From Candidatus Woesearchaeota archaeon (GTDB taxonomy: Archaea > Nanobdellota > Nanobdellia > Woesearchaeales > UBA10216), in assembly GCA_016180085.1 (NCBI GenBank), contig JACPBX010000033.1, positions 1 to 15,148 of the forward strand: 15,148 nt of DNA. Direction: 5' to 3'. Below the pieces are notes generated by a model that was given only the letters and a program-made list of their open reading frames with translations, was not told the DNA's origin and made no database searches. Numbering within the stretch: the stretch's first letter is position 1; every line of letters begins with the position of its first letter. The position numbers and the translations under genes were made by a program. Of the stretch, positions 6,690-14,812 are shown piece by piece.

Positions 6690-7313
6690 ATGCCGCCCAT
6701 TTTTATGAAAGTAGCTCCATACGGCTACGGCAATGGAAAAAAGAAGGCTGAACTACGATATTACGCCAGTTTAGCGGCACAGCACATATCTCCACCGCTG
6801 CTGCCTGATTCGGAAGAGTACATCTTGAAACACGTCAAAAGGTACGACTTAAAGAATGTAAGACTTATCCTAAGCTCACCACAGAAGCGCGCATTACAAA
6901 CTGCAGGGATGATTAGGCGGCTGTTTCTTAACAACGCCCATGTGAAAGTTGATGCAAATCTCAATGAAGTGCCATTTTCGCTTTATGGGCTAGATTCAAG
7001 GAAGTACTCCAGTACAATTGCTAGAAATAAGTTTTTTGATGATTTTGTCAATAACAGGCTTCTGGAGTCGCGTGACTACCTCAAAAGCCGCGTAGAAAGA
7101 ATTTTAAGAAAAGCCAAAGACACAGACACTCTATTTGTAACTCACACGTTCCTGATGAAAATTTTAGAAAAGCTCATTGAATGCCCCGACCTGTTCAAAC
7201 ATCCTCAAAAATTCATTAGGAACGTCAACTTAAACAAGAGGTTGTTTGAATACTGTGAAATTTTAAAACTTACAAACAGGGAAATAAAGCAAACTTTAAA
7301 TAAACTAGGGTAG
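6690..7313 (+). CDS. Histidine phosphatase superfamily homolog lacking the RHG motif
   Basis: ATG 6690 lies 1 nt after the upstream stop, with GGGGG upstream. It retains LSSPQKRALQTA, LNEVPF and LFVTH, but the first strand reads IFMKVAPY instead of xxRHG. Confidence 0.8.
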   Translation: MPPIFMKVAPYGYGNGKKKAELRYYASLAAQHISPPLLPDSEEYILKHVKRYDLKNVRLILSSPQKRALQTAGMIRRLFLNNAHVKVDANLNEVPFSLYGLDSRKYSSTIARNKFFDDFVNNRLLESRDYLKSRVERILRKAKDTDTLFVTHTFLMKILEKLIECPDLFKHPQKFIRNVNLNKRLFEYCEILKLTNREIKQTLNKLG

Positions 7314-7325
7314 AGGATTTAAACC

Positions 7326-8447
7326 ATGCCAAAAGAATTCACGGTAACACCGTGGAAGGTAGAGGGAGAGGTCGATTATACCAAGCTCATAAAGGAGTTC
7401 GGGACAGAGGCTGTTGATGATAAGCTGCTGCAGCGGATAAAGAAGCACACCGGCGAGCTTCACCACATGCTGCGCAGGAAGATATTCTTCTCCCACCGCG
7501 ATATGAACTGGCTTCTGGACGAGTACGAGAAAGGCAACAAGTTCTACCTTTACACAGGCAGGGGGCCATCCGGGCACACTCATTTGGGGCATCTTGTGCC
7601 ATGGATGTTCACCAAGTGGCTGCAAGACAAGTTTGATGTCGAGCTGTGGTTCCAGCTGACCGACGACGAGAAATTCATGTTCAACGACAAGCTCGAGCTT
7701 GAGGAAACAAACAGGCTGGCTTATGAAAACGCGCTTGACGTGATAGCGCTTGGTTTCAAGAAAGGGAAAACAAAAATTTTCGCAGATACTGATTATGCAA
7801 AGACGCTGTACAGGCAGGCCATACGGGTTGCCAAGAAGCTGACCGTGTCTACTACAAAGGCCGTGTTTGGCCTGACAGATAGCAACAGCGTAGGGGAGCA
7901 TTTTTTCACATCGGTGCAAAGCGTACCGGCTTTCTTGCCATCAGTTTTGGCAGGCAAAAACATTCCGTGCTTGATTCCTCATGCAATTGACCAGGACCCG
8001 CACTTCCGTGTAACTCGCGATATTGTTCATAAGCTAGGCTACTACAAGCCTGCAGCAATACATTGCATTTTCCTGCCTGCTTTAACTGGGCCAAAAGGGA
8101 AAATGTCTGCTTCAATTGCAGAAACTGCAGTTTATACTACCGATGCCCCCGAAGTTGTTGAAAAAAAGATAAGGAAATACGCATTTTCTGGCGGGAGGGA
8201 TACCGTTGAGGAGCATCGCAAGAAAGGCGGGAATCCTGATATTGACGTTTCTTATCAGTGGCTAAGGTTCTTTGAGGAAGACGACAGAAAACTTGAAAAA
8301 ATTTACCATGACTACAAGAGCGGGAAGCTGTTAAGTGGTGAATTGAAAGAGATTTTGATTGAAAAGCTGGGGAAATTCTTGATGAAGCACCAGGAAAACA
8401 GGGAAAAAGCGAGAAAAGCGCTTGATTCCTACATTCTAAAGGACTGA
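7326..8447 (+). CDS. trpS: Tryptophan--tRNA ligase (archaeal/eukaryotic type)
   Basis: YTGRGPS, HIGH-equivalent HLGH, QLTDDEK, AIDQDPHFR, KMSAS, and FSGG...GGNPDIDV. Confidence 0.98.
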   Translation: MPKEFTVTPWKVEGEVDYTKLIKEFGTEAVDDKLLQRIKKHTGELHHMLRRKIFFSHRDMNWLLDEYEKGNKFYLYTGRGPSGHTHLGHLVPWMFTKWLQDKFDVELWFQLTDDEKFMFNDKLELEETNRLAYENALDVIALGFKKGKTKIFADTDYAKTLYRQAIRVAKKLTVSTTKAVFGLTDSNSVGEHFFTSVQSVPAFLPSVLAGKNIPCLIPHAIDQDPHFRVTRDIVHKLGYYKPAAIHCIFLPALTGPKGKMSASIAETAVYTTDAPEVVEKKIRKYAFSGGRDTVEEHRKKGGNPDIDVSYQWLRFFEEDDRKLEKIYHDYKSGKLLSGELKEILIEKLGKFLMKHQENREKARKALDSYILKD

Positions 8448-8496
8448 TTCGGCAGGTTTTTATACAACCATAAGATTTCTCCGGGTTTGATTTGGC

Positions 8497-10683
8497 ATGG
8501 CCGAATTAATCATAACTGAAAAACCGAAAGCTGCACAGAGGATAGCGGAAGCCCTGGCCGACGGCAAGGCAATAAAAAAAGGCGAGAGGGGAGTTTACTA
8601 TTACGAAATTACCCACGGGAAAAAAGACATAATTGTTGGCTGTGCAGTGGGCCATCTTTTCGGGCTTGCCGAAAAGGAGAAGAAAAGGGGCATGAGCTAT
8701 CCTGTTTTTGATGTTGAATGGAAGCCAACTTACGAAACAACGAAAACTGCGGCTTTCTCAAAAAAGTATTACGACACTCTCAAGAAGCTATCCAAAGGCG
8801 TTACTGATTTTGTTGTCGCTTGTGATTTTGATGTTGAAGGGGAAGTCATTGGGCACAACATCCTGCGCTACATCTGCAAGCAGAAGGATGCCAAGAGGAT
8901 GAAGTTTTCTACACTCACAAAAGAGGATTTGGTTGAAGCTTATGAGAAAGTTTCCCCCCATATTGAGTGGGGCATGGCGCATGCCGGGGAAACGAGGCAC
9001 GAACTTGACTGGTATTATGGCATAAACCTTTCCAGGGCATTAACCGGCTCAATCAAAAAGGCAGGCATTTTCAAGATACTGAGCATCGGGAGGGTGCAGG
9101 GGCCTGCGCTGCAGATTATTGTGCAGCGCGAAAAGGAAATAAAGGCATTCAAGCCTCAGCCGTTCTGGCAGCTGCAGCTACAAGGTAAGGTAAGAAATGG
9201 CGAGCTGACTGCCCTCCATGAGAAAGACAAGTTCTGGGGCAAGAAAGAAGCTGATACGGTTTATGCGAAGACGAAAGGGAAGAGCGGGACAATCGCCGAA
9301 GTCAAGCGGGATGAGTTCCAGCAGCAACCGCCATTTCCTTTTGATTTAACCACACTGCAGACAGAGGCATACAGGTGCTTTGGCGCTCCCCCAAAAGCGA
9401 CGCTTGAGATAGCTCAGGAGCTGTATACAGCTGGGCTCATTTCCTATCCCAGAACCTCATCCCAGCAGCTGCCGCCAACGATAGGATATTCAAAGATTTT
9501 GACGGCAATATCACGGCAACAGGACTATGAAGCACTATGCAAAAGGCTGTTACAGAAATCAGGCCTAAGGCCAAACAACGGCAAAAAGACAGACCCTGCG
9601 CACCCGGCAATATACCCAACGGGGCTGAAGCCAAAAGGGCTTGACAAAAGAAGCCAAAAGATTTACGATTTGGTTGCAAGGAGATTTCTGGCCACTTTCG
9701 CTGAAGCTGCAACAAGAGAAACAATGACAGTAAGGATTGATGTTAACGGAGAGATTTTTGTTGCAGCCGGAACGCGAACAAAAGTGAAGGGATGGCACGA
9801 GTTCTACGGGCCTTATGCGAAGTTCAAGGATGAAGAGCTGCCGCAGGTAACGAAAGGCGAAGAGGTCGCTGTGAAAAAGCTGGAACTTCTGGCAAAAGAA
9901 ACAAAGCCTCCAGCAAGATACACGGAGGCTTCGATAATAAGGGAGCTTGAAAAGAGGAACCTTGGCACAAAGGCAACAAGGGCTGAGGTTGTTGATACAT
10001 TATTCAAGAGGGGATACGTTAGTGGCAGGGCAATTGAGGCCACTGATTTAGGGATAAAAATTGTTGAAACATTGGGGAAATACAGCCCCGGAATAATAGA
10101 CGAAGAGCTGACAAGGCACTTCGAGCTTGAAATGGAAGAGATACAGGAGGATAAGAAAAAAAGTGTGGAAGTCCTTGAGGAGGCAAAGACTGTGCTCGTG
10201 AAGATACTTGAAGGCTTCAAGAAAAAGGAAAAAGGCATAGGCGAGGAGCTTATCGAGGCAACAAAGGAGTCTGAAACAAAGGAAAACACAATAGGAAAAT
10301 GCCCTGCCTGCAACTCAGGTACGTTAATGATGAAACGGGGCAAGTTTGGAAGGTTCATAGCATGCAACACATATCCGGAATGCAAGGCAACGTTCAAGCT
10401 TCCATCAAACGGATTTATCAAAAACACAGACAGGCTGTGCGAAACGTGCAAGCACCCCGTGATAACAGTTATCAGAAGCGCCAAAAAGCCCCAGGACGTC
10501 TGCATAAACCCGGAGTGCCCAAGCAAGGTCTCGCCTGACGCGAGGAAGCTGATAAAGGAGAACGAAAACAGCACCTGCAAAAAGTGCGGTGAGGGAAAAA
10601 TGGTCCTCAGAAGAAGCATATACGGGAGCTTCCTTGGCTGCGACAGGTTCCCGAAATGCAAGAACATAGTAAAGGTTCAGTGA
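8497..10683 (+). CDS. topA: DNA topoisomerase I (type IA) with three C-terminal zinc-ribbon repeats
   Basis: Toprim motifs ITEKP and ACDFDVEGE, GRVQ, catalytic ISYPRT, HPAIYPT and GTKATRA. Three C4 ribbons: CPAC..C..YPEC, CETC..CINPEC and CKKC..C.RFPKC. Confidence 0.97.
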   Translation: MAELIITEKPKAAQRIAEALADGKAIKKGERGVYYYEITHGKKDIIVGCAVGHLFGLAEKEKKRGMSYPVFDVEWKPTYETTKTAAFSKKYYDTLKKLSKGVTDFVVACDFDVEGEVIGHNILRYICKQKDAKRMKFSTLTKEDLVEAYEKVSPHIEWGMAHAGETRHELDWYYGINLSRALTGSIKKAGIFKILSIGRVQGPALQIIVQREKEIKAFKPQPFWQLQLQGKVRNGELTALHEKDKFWGKKEADTVYAKTKGKSGTIAEVKRDEFQQQPPFPFDLTTLQTEAYRCFGAPPKATLEIAQELYTAGLISYPRTSSQQLPPTIGYSKILTAISRQQDYEALCKRLLQKSGLRPNNGKKTDPAHPAIYPTGLKPKGLDKRSQKIYDLVARRFLATFAEAATRETMTVRIDVNGEIFVAAGTRTKVKGWHEFYGPYAKFKDEELPQVTKGEEVAVKKLELLAKETKPPARYTEASIIRELEKRNLGTKATRAEVVDTLFKRGYVSGRAIEATDLGIKIVETLGKYSPGIIDEELTRHFELEMEEIQEDKKKSVEVLEEAKTVLVKILEGFKKKEKGIGEELIEATKESETKENTIGKCPACNSGTLMMKRGKFGRFIACNTYPECKATFKLPSNGFIKNTDRLCETCKHPVITVIRSAKKPQDVCINPECPSKVSPDARKLIKENENSTCKKCGEGKMVLRRSIYGSFLGCDRFPKCKNIVKVQ

Positions 10684-11504
10684 GTTTTTTTAAGAATGGC
10701 TTTAGTCTGCTCAATTACATCACTTAACACATCAGGATCACGATTAATCACAAGTTTCAATTTTAGTTCCTTGAAAAGAAGGTTGTTGAAGGAGCTGAAT
10801 ACGCCTGATTTTGGCGGCATCATGTCTTTTGTCTGGTTATAGTACTCAGAAAGAGTTGCCCTTTCCCTTTCTCCAACAACATAGAAACTAATAACAGAGC
10901 CACCATAAACAAATACGCTGGTAGGGTGAGCGCATTCTACGCCAGTGTAAACGTGCGCACCGAGCGATGTCAAGAACCTGGCGACCATCTTGTCCATTGG
11001 TGAGTTGCCCCTGCACATGATATGCACCTTGATTTTGCTTGCAAAAGCCTTCAACTTATTTATGTCATCTTTTGATATAGGCATCCAGAAGAATCTCCTA
11101 ATTTGGATATATGCTTCCTTAGATTCGCCAAAAAAGGCCGTGTTTATTTTTGAAAATAGGAAATCCCACCCTTCGCTCCAAGAAGCAAAGTTTAGCTCCT
11201 GGATTTTCCTTTTCACACCAAGTCCATTTTCACCATATGCCACAGAAAGCTTGCTTACGAATTCCCCTGTTTTTTCAAGCCAAACAGGGCTTATCAGATA
11301 GCCATTTTCCTGTCTTGACAAAACACCTCCGGATAGGAGTTCCTTGACGGACTTATAGACCGCCTGGTAGGTTACTATCTTTCCTGACTTATTTTTTACT
11401 TCAGAATAAATTTTTCTTACAGTCAAAGGCCAAGATTCAGCAAGAATTTGCAAAATAACTTCCTTCGTGGTTTCCCTGCCACCAAATAAGTTGGCTTCTG
11501 ACAT
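10677..11504 (-). CDS. Winged-helix transcriptional regulator with a C-terminal effector domain (TrmB-like architecture)
   Basis: The likely start is ATG 11504 (275 aa), 25 nt downstream of TATA box TTTATAT (11535-11529). The track's upstream extension overlaps the divergent gene. N-terminal wHTH: TTKEVILQILAESWPLTVRKIY...VTYQAVYKSVKELL..GVL...GY. Confidence 0.8.
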   Translation of the reverse strand: MSEANLFGGRETTKEVILQILAESWPLTVRKIYSEVKNKSGKIVTYQAVYKSVKELLSGGVLSRQENGYLISPVWLEKTGEFVSKLSVAYGENGLGVKRKIQELNFASWSEGWDFLFSKINTAFFGESKEAYIQIRRFFWMPISKDDINKLKAFASKIKVHIMCRGNSPMDKMVARFLTSLGAHVYTGVECAHPTSVFVYGGSVISFYVVGERERATLSEYYNQTKDMMPPKSGVFSSFNNLLFKELKLKLVINRDPDVLSDVIEQTKAILKKTH

Positions 11505-11524
11505 CGTGATAGAGGAAAAAGTAA

Positions 11525-11542
11525 AAGAATATAAACTTTTTC
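11525..11542 (-). promoter_or_regulatory. BRE/TATA promoter of the wHTH regulator
   Basis: The minus strand reads GAAAAAGTTTATATTCTT: an A-rich BRE followed by TTTATAT. Confidence 0.6.
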
Positions 11543-11622
11543 GTTTACTTCTGCCATTTCCTTTAAACCGAGAATATTTCAGCTCGTTAAGCTGATTACG
11601 CTTGATGGATGGGCTTTCTCTT

Positions 11623-12657
11623 ATGGACTTGAAGCAGCTGATTGCCGCCCCACAAACGCGCGAAGCCATAAAAAGATTCTCACAAAACTACATTGCAGGG
11701 AAACCATTTGTTGCCTCATTACTGGTGACGGAAGAGTGCCAGGCTGATTGCGACTTTTGCAGTTACCGAAGAAGCAACACAAAAAGAGAACGGACAAAAC
11801 CCATTGACTCATATGTTGAAGCTTTGCGGCCACTGAACCTGCCTTTCCTATCAATAGTTGGCGGTGAACCTTTAATGAGAAAGGATCTTTCAAGAATAAT
11901 AAGGGAATCAAAGCAGGAAAACAGGATACCTTATGTTCAAGCCGTAACTAATGCTGGCTTGCTTACGCAAGGAAAATACAAAGAACTGGAAGAAGCCGGG
12001 TTGGATGGCCTGGTGATATCACTTGATTTCGCTTCCACAATGCACTCAACAGAGCGCGGCATCAAAAATCTTTACGAACGCATAGCCGGGATGCTGCCAA
12101 AGCTTAACGGGAGGACACAGGTTCGCCTAAATGCAATCCTGATGCGGGACAACCTAATAAGAGATGGAGACCATACTGGTGATGTGCAGGGAATAGTAGA
12201 ATTTGCAGAACGGTATGGCGTTCGAGTTAGTTTTGGAGCATACTCACCTCATAGGAACGGAAATGATGCGCATCTGCCGCAACCTGCTGACCGGGCAGTT
12301 CTAGAGCAGACAGTCAAATACCTGTTAGAAGTCAAAGCAAAGAGAGGCACGATAACTTCTACGGTTGAATATTTAAAGAAGGCCGGGGAATTCTTAAAAG
12401 GCAATGAAATAGGAAACTGCCAGGCGGGGAAGAGATTCCTTTGGATAAGCCCTGATGGAAAATACATGCCTTGCAATGATTATCCGCAATACACTTATGG
12501 CACTCCTGAAGATGCCAGAAGTTTCCCTGTTGCAAGAACCTGTACTGCATGCTATGCTGAATGCCGCGGATTGCCAGAGCAACTTGCCAGCCGCAACCTA
12601 ATAAAAGTAGCAAAGGTTGGCATAGGCTTTTCGGATATGGTAACTAAGGAGCCTTAA
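11623..12657 (+). CDS. Radical SAM enzyme with a C-terminal twitch/SPASM-type auxiliary cluster domain
   Basis: CQADCDFC (CxxxCxxC), GGEPLMR, VTNAG, ISLD...H...RG, then CQAG..ISPDGKYMPC and CTACYAEC. The start is uncertain (11602, 11605 or 11623). Confidence 0.92.
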   Translation: MDLKQLIAAPQTREAIKRFSQNYIAGKPFVASLLVTEECQADCDFCSYRRSNTKRERTKPIDSYVEALRPLNLPFLSIVGGEPLMRKDLSRIIRESKQENRIPYVQAVTNAGLLTQGKYKELEEAGLDGLVISLDFASTMHSTERGIKNLYERIAGMLPKLNGRTQVRLNAILMRDNLIRDGDHTGDVQGIVEFAERYGVRVSFGAYSPHRNGNDAHLPQPADRAVLEQTVKYLLEVKAKRGTITSTVEYLKKAGEFLKGNEIGNCQAGKRFLWISPDGKYMPCNDYPQYTYGTPEDARSFPVARTCTACYAECRGLPEQLASRNLIKVAKVGIGFSDMVTKEP

Positions 12658-12736
12658 AAAAATCTGCAAAGGAAATTGTCGTAATTCTGCAATAGCCAGA
12701 AAGGTTTAAATCGTGGCATCAGCAATAATAGGCTGA

Positions 12737-13159
12737 ATGCTCGCAAATGAGGACATAATAATCAGAGTGGCACTTGCCATATTAGTGGGAGCCCTGATAG
12801 GGCTGGAAAGGGAGAAAACAAAGCATGCTGCAGGGCTACGAACCCACCTGCTTGTATGCATAGGCTCAACACTGATAACCCTCACTTCAATTGACATGTT
12901 CCCGCAGAACCCAGCCCCGATAACAGCTGCCATAATAACAGGAATAGGCTTTCTCGGGGCAGGCACGATTTTCAGGGACAAGAACAATGTTCGCGGACTG
13001 ACAACGGCGGCAAGCATATGGGCAGTTGCCGGGCTTGGGCTTGCACTCGGGGCAGGCGCTTACGTAATAGCAGCAGCCGGAACCCTAGCAATGATGTTCA
13101 CCCTGGAATTTGGGCGAATACAATACATGATAACAAAGAAAAAGCGAAAGTGGAGCTAA
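12737..13159 (+). CDS. MgtC/SapB family membrane protein (membrane domain only)
   Basis: IGLERE...AGLRTH.LV.IGS, GIGFLGAG.I and GLTTAASIW. TATA box TTTAAAT at 12705-12711. Confidence 0.95.
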   Translation: MLANEDIIIRVALAILVGALIGLEREKTKHAAGLRTHLLVCIGSTLITLTSIDMFPQNPAPITAAIITGIGFLGAGTIFRDKNNVRGLTTAASIWAVAGLGLALGAGAYVIAAAGTLAMMFTLEFGRIQYMITKKKRKWS

Positions 13160-14478
13160 AACTCCAGGATTCCCTTGGCTTCTGCAACAAGGCTCGGGCT
13201 GCTGCCGCCGTGCCATGTTATCCTCGGCCTGACACGCATAGGGTAAAGGCGCTCGTTCGTGTCGTCAAAAAGCAGGGCAGCACCCTTAACCCTTGGAAGG
13301 TCATCAAGGCTTTTGTCAAGCCCCTCGCGCATATAGCTCTGCATCAGGGCCCCAAGGGCGTCAACGTCTATTTTTGCCGTGATTCTGTGCGAAATAACCA
13401 CATCTGACTGTGTCATGACATCCGTATGAATCTGGCCTGGCTGCTGAGAGGCGAGCACAAGCGAAATGCCTGGCTGGCGGCCTTCCCTGAGCACAGTTAT
13501 GAGGGCGTCTGAAGCCGGGGTTGAGCCGTGTTTGGGCAAAAACTCATGAGCCTCGTCAACAATAAGCCAGATGAGCGGGACTTCTTTCTTTGCTCCCTCT
13601 TCCCTGGTTCTTGACAGCGTGGTTGTCCTTTTTATGGACCCAAGCTCCTCAGCCTTCCTGACCATCATGCGCTCATTAAACAGCTTCTTGGCAACAATGC
13701 CTATTACCAATGCGCGGATATTGCTTTTGCCGCCAGCGACAGCGTAAGGGCTAAGGTCGATAACAGTAATCTGGCCCCCAATTGCCAAATCACTCACAGG
13801 CGTTGATTTCTCGCTAAACAAGCCCCATTCCTCGGCAGAGTAAAACATGTTCTCAACAGCAGCCTTGACCTGCTCCTCTGTGCGCCCATCACTCTTGACA
13901 GCATCAGCAATATCCTGAATGGAGAAGCTTTGCTGCTGCTTCCGCAAGCCGGAAACAACCCTTCCAATCAGCGAGCCGAACGGGCTTGTTATGTCAACAT
14001 TGAAAATGCTGCACCAGTCGCCGGCACTTAGCTCTGATGGATTGATTGAGAAAGGCAGGTCAACGGGTATGCCACGCTCCTTGTAGTCTGAGTAGCTGCC
14101 AAAAGGAACGTAAATCCTCGCATTAAAGCGCTGGTATTGGAACCCCCATTCCCTGAGCAGTTTCTCGTCTTTCTTGTTCTCATACTTCATTGTCCAGAAA
14201 ATGCCCATGGTGTCAAAAACAACCACGCTCAGATTACTCGTAAGCTCAGGCTCAAGGGACATCATGCCTTCAGCCATAGCCATAATAGAATACGATTTTC
14301 CAGAACCCCTCTTCCCAAAAACAGAAACAACGTGGCTTCTCAAAACGTCCATGTAAATCGCTGTTGAGAGCGATGTTGTCTGTCCCATCTTTACGTAGTG
14401 CTTGCCAATGAGAAACGTGCCCTTGTCGCCAAAAGCCTTCCTGTCCTCTTCATCTCTCCCGACAATTATCTCGTACAT
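13156..14478 (-). CDS. HerA/FtsK-superfamily P-loop ATPase (DUF87 type)
   Basis: The protein reads from the reverse complement (cat at 14476-14478, cta at 13156-13158), so the '+' in the track is wrong. Walker A GKRGSGKS, VFDTMG, Walker B LIVDEAH, R-E-G-R and the ASQQP motif. Confidence 0.93.
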   Translation of the reverse strand: MYEIIVGRDEEDRKAFGDKGTFLIGKHYVKMGQTTSLSTAIYMDVLRSHVVSVFGKRGSGKSYSIMAMAEGMMSLEPELTSNLSVVVFDTMGIFWTMKYENKKDEKLLREWGFQYQRFNARIYVPFGSYSDYKERGIPVDLPFSINPSELSAGDWCSIFNVDITSPFGSLIGRVVSGLRKQQQSFSIQDIADAVKSDGRTEEQVKAAVENMFYSAEEWGLFSEKSTPVSDLAIGGQITVIDLSPYAVAGGKSNIRALVIGIVAKKLFNERMMVRKAEELGSIKRTTTLSRTREEGAKKEVPLIWLIVDEAHEFLPKHGSTPASDALITVLREGRQPGISLVLASQQPGQIHTDVMTQSDVVISHRITAKIDVDALGALMQSYMREGLDKSLDDLPRVKGAALLFDDTNERLYPMRVRPRITWHGGSSPSLVAEAKGILEF

Positions 14479-14627
14479 TCACAGCCTCTTTTTACCCATT
14501 CCTGCTTCTGTGGCAATAAATACTTTGCTGTTATAACAGTTCACTCAGGTAAAGTCAACTTGTCTGTGTTTTGTGCCGTTATTTTTTGCAAAAAGCTTAA
14601 ATAATAGAACAGGGAAATGAGATGCCA

Positions 14628-14768
14628 ATGAACATTCCAAAGATCGGCCCGGGAAAGGGTCACGGCGGCATTATCAAGCTCCTCCTGCTGCTGGCAATAA
14701 TCGCGGCTGCAGCATACTTTCTTGACAAGAATGAGATAATACAACTCCCTTTCAAGCTGCCATTCTAA
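14628..14768 (+). CDS. Small single-pass membrane protein, 46 aa (48 aa if started at 14622); not in the ORF track
   Basis: MNIPKIGPGKGHGGIIKLLLLLAIIAAAAYFLDKNEIIQLPFKLPF. One clear TM helix. TATA box TTAAATA (14597-14603) lies 25 nt upstream of ATG 14628. Confidence 0.7.
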   Translation: MNIPKIGPGKGHGGIIKLLLLLAIIAAAAYFLDKNEIIQLPFKLPF

Positions 14769-14812
14769 GAGTGCGGAAAAGTTTATAAAACGCCGACAGC
14801 TGCCTACAGGCA

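Noticed and set aside
7326-8447. Apparent shift from C/G-ending to A/T-ending codons partway through trpS
   Set aside because: This is a visual impression only, was not quantified, and the protein is intact.
9813-10667. 284-aa ORF antisense to topA
   Set aside because: It is a codon-register shadow of a Lys/Glu-rich gene (Phe/Ser/Leu-rich translation), with no motif or promoter.
11505-11669. 55-residue N-terminal extension of the 330-aa minus ORF
   Set aside because: It overlaps the divergent radical SAM start and the intergenic promoters. The TATA spacing supports ATG 11504.
2106-13159. Convergent 3' overlaps (2106-2125, 10677-10683, 13156-13159)
   Set aside because: These are ordinary features of compact archaeal genomes.
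13156-14478. ORF track label '+' for the 440-aa ATPase
   Set aside because: The plus strand at 13156 reads ctaaaa... The protein is encoded by the reverse complement, starting at cat 14476-14478.
14479-14544. Short minus-strand ORF (GTG...MGKKRL*) ending just before the ATPase ATG
   Set aside because: It has about 21 codons, no supporting promoter spacing and no distinctive composition; likely chance.
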